A stretch of DNA of 40,540 nucleotides from Nitrosopumilus sp. (lineage in GTDB: Archaea; Thermoproteota; Nitrososphaeria; Nitrososphaerales; Nitrosopumilaceae), in NCBI GenBank assembly GCA_007571135.1, contig RKRY01000163.1, positions 1 to 40,540 on the forward strand, in the 5' to 3' direction. Shown here one piece after another: positions 35,828-40,540 of this stretch; position 1 is the first letter of the stretch, and each line of letters opens with the position of its first letter. The notes under the pieces were generated by a model. That model was not told the origin of the DNA, made no database searches, and worked only from the letters and a program-made list of their open reading frames with translations. Both the position numbers and the translations under genes were made by a program.

Positions 35828-36208
35828 ATGCCTGGCGATGAGATTGAGATCCCAAAGGAATTACGCGAATTCATGCTTGATGGGGCTGAAGAAACGTTCC
35901 TTGGACAAAAAAATGGAGCCAGAAGACAGTATCGTTACGGGAACTTGCACATTAGAGAATACGATGATAAATTTCTAGTCCATACAGACAGGGTTGATCC
36001 TAGAAGGGATCCAGTGGGCCATCTGGTAAAGGATGCGCCTGAACTTCTAATTGGGTTGGCTTGTGGAATATTTGGCGGGACACAAGTTGCAAAAATATTA
36101 AGGAGAAAATCAAACAAATCCGCAATCTCTCTAGCTCTGCTTGCTTCATTAATCTCAGGTTATGCGGGGTATGCTGCTGTAAAGAAATCAAAAAATTATT
36201 TGGAGTGA
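35828..36208 (+). CDS. Conserved archaeal hypothetical membrane protein
   Basis: GARRQYRYGNLHIREY...VHTDRVDPRRDPVGHLVKDAPE plus two TM helices; stop overlaps the next gene's start. Confidence 0.75.
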   Translation: MPGDEIEIPKELREFMLDGAEETFLGQKNGARRQYRYGNLHIREYDDKFLVHTDRVDPRRDPVGHLVKDAPELLIGLACGIFGGTQVAKILRRKSNKSAISLALLASLISGYAGYAAVKKSKNYLE

Positions 36209-37758
36209 TTATCTTGTCTAAAATCAGAGCCATCAAGGTGTTGGCAAAGCTTCTGCCCTTGATTCTATCTCTAAGAAAGGACAGAAGGATATGGATTAAG
36301 CAATCAAAAAACGAAATTGATTCCAAACAATTTAGAAAAAATGCCAGCAAGGTACTTGAGACCTTCATCTCATTGGGGCCTGTTTACATCAAACTGGGAC
36401 AGTGGCTATCTTCAAGGGCAGATATCTTGCCGCAGCCTTACTTGGAAGAGTTGGCCAAACTTCAAGACAGCGTCCCTCCAGCCCCTTTTGAGCAGGTAAA
36501 GCCCATTATTGAAGATGAGATTGGCCCCATTAGTGAAAAATTTGACAATATTGATCCAACCTCAATTTCCGGTGCATCCCTGGGTCAGGTTTATAGGGGT
36601 TCTATCTCCGGGCAGCAGATTGTCGTTAAGGTAAAAAGACCTGGCATCGAAAAAATAGTTGTTGAAGATCTGGAGATATTGAAAAGGATTCTTCCCTTGG
36701 CACTGCGCTTTGTGGATCCAAACTTGCGTTATTCTGCAAAAGCCATGCTTTCACAATTTATTGAAACGATTCACGAGGAAATGGATTACACAAGCGAATC
36801 CTCAAACCTAAAACGAATAAAATCTGACATGGAAAGTTCTGAGAAGGTTGTGGTTCCGTCAGTTTATGATGATCTTTCATCCAAAAATGTGCTTACAATG
36901 GAATATCTGCCTGGAATAAAGGTCACAAACGTCGAAAAGCTCGACGAGGTGGGGATTGACAGGAAACAACTCGTCATCGACGTACATAAGGTCTTCTTTA
37001 CGATGCTTCTAAAGCACTCCGTCTTTCACGCCGACCCCCACCCCGGAAACATCTCAGTCACCGATGACGGGCGACTTGTCTTGTATGACTATGGAATGGT
37101 TGGACGAATCAACAGCGAGACTAGGTTTAGACTTGTCCGTCTTTATCTGGCATTAGTTGAGCGAAATCCTCCAAGAGTCGTTAATGCAATGAATGATCTT
37201 GGAATGCTTACTCCCGGATACAATCGCGGAGTGATTGAAAAAGGAATTGAACTCTCGATTCGTGCCATGCATGGAAACAAACCCGATGAGATGGAAGTTC
37301 AAAGCTTGATGGAGCTGGCAAATCAGACTATGAGCAGATTTCCTTTTGTTTTGCCAAAAAATCTTGCCCTGTACATGAGAATGGCATCAATCATAGAGGG
37401 AATATACAAGACACATGATGTGGATTTTAAATTTGTCCAAGTTCTAAAAAATATTCTGCAGGAAGAAAACCTGATAACAAAGGCATATGTAGAGGAATTA
37501 AAGGCATCCTTTGATAATTTCTCAAAATCGATAGACTCTGCACTGCGGCTGGGACCTGAAATGAAAGAACTGATAGGTGAGGTCCAAGTATTCATGAAGA
37601 AAGGCAGGCCAACAGTTTTGATCAGCGGAAGCATCTTTGCGTCTGCCCTCTTTGTTGGTTCTGCATTCTTACTTCAATCAAACGAAGTGCTTGGGTTGGC
37701 CGGAATGGTTTCTTCAGGAATTGTTATGATCATCTCTGGATTTTTTAGAAAACACTAG
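36205..37758 (+). CDS. AarF/UbiB (ABC1) family atypical kinase
   Basis: LGPVYIKLGQ, ASLGQVY, VKVKRP, FHADPHPGN, YDYGMVG; start at GTG 36205 or TTG 36214 rather than 36061. Confidence 0.93.
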   Translation: MIILSKIRAIKVLAKLLPLILSLRKDRRIWIKQSKNEIDSKQFRKNASKVLETFISLGPVYIKLGQWLSSRADILPQPYLEELAKLQDSVPPAPFEQVKPIIEDEIGPISEKFDNIDPTSISGASLGQVYRGSISGQQIVVKVKRPGIEKIVVEDLEILKRILPLALRFVDPNLRYSAKAMLSQFIETIHEEMDYTSESSNLKRIKSDMESSEKVVVPSVYDDLSSKNVLTMEYLPGIKVTNVEKLDEVGIDRKQLVIDVHKVFFTMLLKHSVFHADPHPGNISVTDDGRLVLYDYGMVGRINSETRFRLVRLYLALVERNPPRVVNAMNDLGMLTPGYNRGVIEKGIELSIRAMHGNKPDEMEVQSLMELANQTMSRFPFVLPKNLALYMRMASIIEGIYKTHDVDFKFVQVLKNILQEENLITKAYVEELKASFDNFSKSIDSALRLGPEMKELIGEVQVFMKKGRPTVLISGSIFASALFVGSAFLLQSNEVLGLAGMVSSGIVMIISGFFRKH

Positions 37759-38133
37759 TTATTCGATCGGAATATCCTTTCCCGTACTTTTGACAGGGAT
37801 AAACAATGTCAGAACGCCGTCTTCGTATCTTGCAGAGTCAACCTGTTCTTCTCCCCGCTTGATCTTGATTGGAAGTTTAATTTTTTTATCTATGATGTTT
37901 GGGCGCTGGTTTGAGATCAATGATTCATCTTCTCTGATCTCTTTTTGTGCCTTGATTGATAAAATGTCTCCACACAATACTAGATTGATGTCTTTTTTTG
38001 AGAATCCCGGAATGTCAACTACTACTTTGAGGCTGTCTTTGCTTAGATGCATGTCGATTGGAGGCAGAACAAATTCATAGAATTCTCTTGACCTGTTTCC
38101 GATCTCTTTGATGACCTCTTTTGCTAGTCCCAA
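37759..38133 (-). CDS. Small heat shock protein (archaeal Hsp14/Hsp20 family)
   Basis: PPIDM, VDIPGFSKKDI, ARYEDGVLTLFIP. Confidence 0.92.
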   Translation of the reverse strand: MGLAKEVIKEIGNRSREFYEFVLPPIDMHLSKDSLKVVVDIPGFSKKDINLVLCGDILSIKAQKEIREDESLISNQRPNIIDKKIKLPIKIKRGEEQVDSARYEDGVLTLFIPVKSTGKDIPIE

Positions 38134-38215
38134 CTTGGTATGATTGATTGATTTTGGTTATAAAAATTTCCGCCGAGCATAAAAAATACAAATTTGACTG
38201 GAAGATTCTGTAATT

Positions 38216-38370
38216 GCATCATGTTATTGTTGGATACCTATATGGGATGATACGCAGGCAAAACAGAATTAAAACTTAATTGTAATTTACCTGTTATTGT
38301 TTTTGGAGATCATACAAAAAACCTGAAATTCGTTGAACAACAATTTGTTGCTGGGGCAGATGGGATAAAA
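38216..38370 (+). pseudogene. Possible decayed response-regulator receiver domain
   Basis: Fragments MLLLDTYMG* and LPVIVF...FVAGADG resemble receiver llD..mP and PvI....aGAd motifs; interrupted by stops and abutting MITE C. Confidence 0.35.
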
Positions 38371-38374
38371 ATTT

Positions 38375-38507
38375 TGTAATCAGTCAAGTCAGATTTAATA
38401 ACTTCAATTAATCATGCAAAATCTAGCAAGTTGTTGAAAAATATACAGCATGAAAGCTATAAACTCTCATTTTTTACAAGTTCCTTTATGTGACTTAACC
38501 GATTACC
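38375..38507. mobile_element. 133-bp MITE family C, second copy (inverted)
   Basis: Reverse complement of 35151-35283 with a few substitutions. Confidence 0.88.
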
Positions 38508-38593
38508 TCGTCTGTGCTTTCGTACAGCCTGTTGCCTGTGGCCTTGTGGATGGAGCGCCACTGTACTTCCACCGGGTTGAGCTCCAGCGTGTA
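38508..38593 (-). pseudogene. IS630-family transposase fragment
   Basis: YTLELNPVEVQWRSIHKATGNRLYESTDE matches the IS630 YSPELNPIE..W motif. Confidence 0.8.
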
Positions 38594-38687
38594 CGTAGTG
38601 TCTAGGTTACATGTTGGAACATCTTGACAGACTACTTGGCTAGAGAATACTATTCATTGTGTTCCAATTTTAGACAAAGTCACTACG
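38594..38687. mobile_element. 94-bp MITE family B, second copy
   Basis: cgtagtg...cactacg flanked by TA on both sides; near-identical to 11073-11166. Confidence 0.88.
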
Positions 38688-38864
38688 TAATCAAGATATG
38701 GTTCGGCGGCGCGCACATATGATCTATAAGCACATCGCTAGCTTTGGATGAGATGATCTGGACAGTCCTCCTGATAGGATAAACATAAATGAACGCCGTG
38801 CCAATGATGAAAGAATGCCCAAAAGGATCAAGCAATCCAGTCAACGGCATGCCTCATAATAACA

Positions 38865-40280
38865 ATGTCATACAAAATCTATACTCCAATACCGCGAGAG
38901 GATATCAGCCGGGCGATCTTGTATGTCCTGAGACAAGATGGCAAAACAATAGGTTCACTAAGCAAAAAACACTCCAAAATACATGACAACAATTCGCAAG
39001 TGGCACGTGAGGAACTGTTACCTGCCTGGCACAAGTTAGAAGAGATAAGGCTCTCTGTAGCCAAGATGCTGAGGATAGATCCAAGTCTGTACGGTCCGTA
39101 CAAGGTATCTAATACGTTTTACATCAGGATGCGTCAGGAGCTTGACAAGCTTGAAAAGAAAGGGATGCTTGTAAGATGGAAAGGTACCAAAAACCAGCAT
39201 GCCTTCAAGCTGGTGCAGAAATCCGGATTAAATATCACAAAACCGGGGATGACACCGCTTGAAGACATCGTCACCACCCCAGCCCAAACCGAAGTCACGG
39301 ATGAAAAGATGAAACGGATATTCGTATCTATAATGGCAAGTGGAAAAAAGGACAATACATACAAGTTTGCACTGGCAAAGATCCTCCTAGATTACTGTAA
39401 GAACACGATGTCAGCTGACAAGACAGCACAAAAAATACCGTACAGATACCTTGCCAAAGAATTTCTGAGGCATTACTGGCACCAAGAGTACGTGTTCAAG
39501 ATGAAGCAGGATTTTAAGATAACAAAGAGTCCGTTGGTCATACAGTCTATCAGAGAAGTTTTCAAGAACAGGCCACCACCCAATTTTGATCTGCTTGATA
39601 AACAAGATATTGAGGCAGCAACAGAAAAGATACTCAAGACGGTCTTTGGACACGCGCGCAAAGGAACATCCATGGTCGTTCCAAGATTTCAGAATATTCC
39701 GGGAAGCGGCGGCAACGAAGAACACCGGATCTTTTACGAGTACAGTGATGACGCTCAGGCCATCCAACTAAGTTCCCATGCGTTTAACTTTTTTAAAAAT
39801 AACCATGCAATATTGTCCGGATACCTCCTGTCAGAATGGGCAAAATTTCTGGAGAAGACCAATAGTTCAATGCCTAGGCTGGTTGAAAAAATAGGCATCC
39901 CCAACAAAAAGCGAGGAAGTCTTGCCGAATTTAGGAACATATACTCTGAACATACCGACTGTTGCTTTTACTGCGGCAACAGGCTGGAGACAGATTTTAC
40001 ACAGGTTGATCACTTTATTCCATGGTCATACATTTTTGATGATGATGCGTGGAACCTTGTGCTTGCCTGCTCGGACTGCAACTGCAAAAAAAGTGACTGC
40101 ATACCCCAAGCGGATTTCAAGTCAGAGCTGATCAAACGAAACAACACATACCGTGAGACAATCCCAAAGCTGCAATTATCTCTAAAACAACTGAACATGG
40201 GCAGGGGCTGGGAACTAGAAATCGAAAACCACTATGACACATGCATCCAATACGGATTTGGCAGGATACGCATGCCCTAA
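38865..40280 (+). CDS. HNH endonuclease with N-terminal winged-helix-like domain
   Basis: CFYCG...VDHFIPWS...WNLVLACSDCNCKKSD; central NTYKFALAK domain; N-terminal helical region ending ELDKLEKKGMLVR. Confidence 0.85.
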   Translation: MSYKIYTPIPREDISRAILYVLRQDGKTIGSLSKKHSKIHDNNSQVAREELLPAWHKLEEIRLSVAKMLRIDPSLYGPYKVSNTFYIRMRQELDKLEKKGMLVRWKGTKNQHAFKLVQKSGLNITKPGMTPLEDIVTTPAQTEVTDEKMKRIFVSIMASGKKDNTYKFALAKILLDYCKNTMSADKTAQKIPYRYLAKEFLRHYWHQEYVFKMKQDFKITKSPLVIQSIREVFKNRPPPNFDLLDKQDIEAATEKILKTVFGHARKGTSMVVPRFQNIPGSGGNEEHRIFYEYSDDAQAIQLSSHAFNFFKNNHAILSGYLLSEWAKFLEKTNSSMPRLVEKIGIPNKKRGSLAEFRNIYSEHTDCCFYCGNRLETDFTQVDHFIPWSYIFDDDAWNLVLACSDCNCKKSDCIPQADFKSELIKRNNTYRETIPKLQLSLKQLNMGRGWELEIENHYDTCIQYGFGRIRMP

Positions 40281-40443
40281 AACTCGTGATGCAGTAACAG
40301 TGATCTACTACCTCAAGACACAGATAGTATATAGAGAGAGAGAGAGTGCAGACTGAAACTCGTAACAGTGGCGTAACCTTCTACCGTCTATGCAGCTCTC
40401 TTTTCTGCTTGGATATGTTGTTGTTGAGAAAGGATGGTGCTTG

Positions 40444-40540
40444 CGTAGTGACTCTGATTGATAACCGCTTATCATTGTGCCAGCAAAGACTGATCGAAAG
40501 GCATGATCACGGCGCATCCCGATATGCCGTGAAAAACCAA
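40444..40540 (+). mobile_element. End of another IS630-like element, runs off window
   Basis: Matches the reverse complement of ~10556-10651 (cgtagtg...cttatcattgtgcc..aaagactgatcgaaaggcatga.cacggcgcatcccgatatgccgtgaaaaacca). Confidence 0.85.

Noticed and set aside
40333-40346. (AG)7 microsatellite as a phase-variation tract
   Set aside because: Intergenic, downstream of a stop codon, with no supported gene or promoter attached.
226-40517. Many short antisense or overlapping ORFs in the track
   Set aside because: They are shadows of well-supported longer genes and show no recognisable motifs.

Overview
Archaeal window, most consistent with Nitrosopumilaceae (Thaumarchaeota) from gene content (egsA, psmB, aCPSF1, archaeal SepF, PoK/PPS CoA pathway, bluB, Hsp14). 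Bases 1-10.3 kb are a defence island abutting the 3' end of an intron-containing tRNA-Arg(CCT), with a truncated tyrosine-integrase remnant. The island carries an Ssp-type DNA phosphorothioation set: an SspC-like ATPase, an SspD-like PAPS-reductase-family protein and an SspE-like DUF262-DUF1524 protein whose HNH catalytic residues look lost. It also carries a DUF3800-like gene and a GHKL/MORC ATPase + SF2 helicase pair, which is a candidate unrecognised effector module. Bases 11.4-38.1 kb are mostly core genes. Several MITE families are dispersed through the window: a 79-bp family with 8-bp TSDs (6 copies, one inserted in frame in a methyltransferase gene), IS630-like derivatives of 94 and 268 bp, and a 133-bp element with IS1-like ends. 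A second accessory hotspot (38.2-40.5 kb) holds a wHTH-HNH nuclease. All family assignments come from motif recognition, not database searches.
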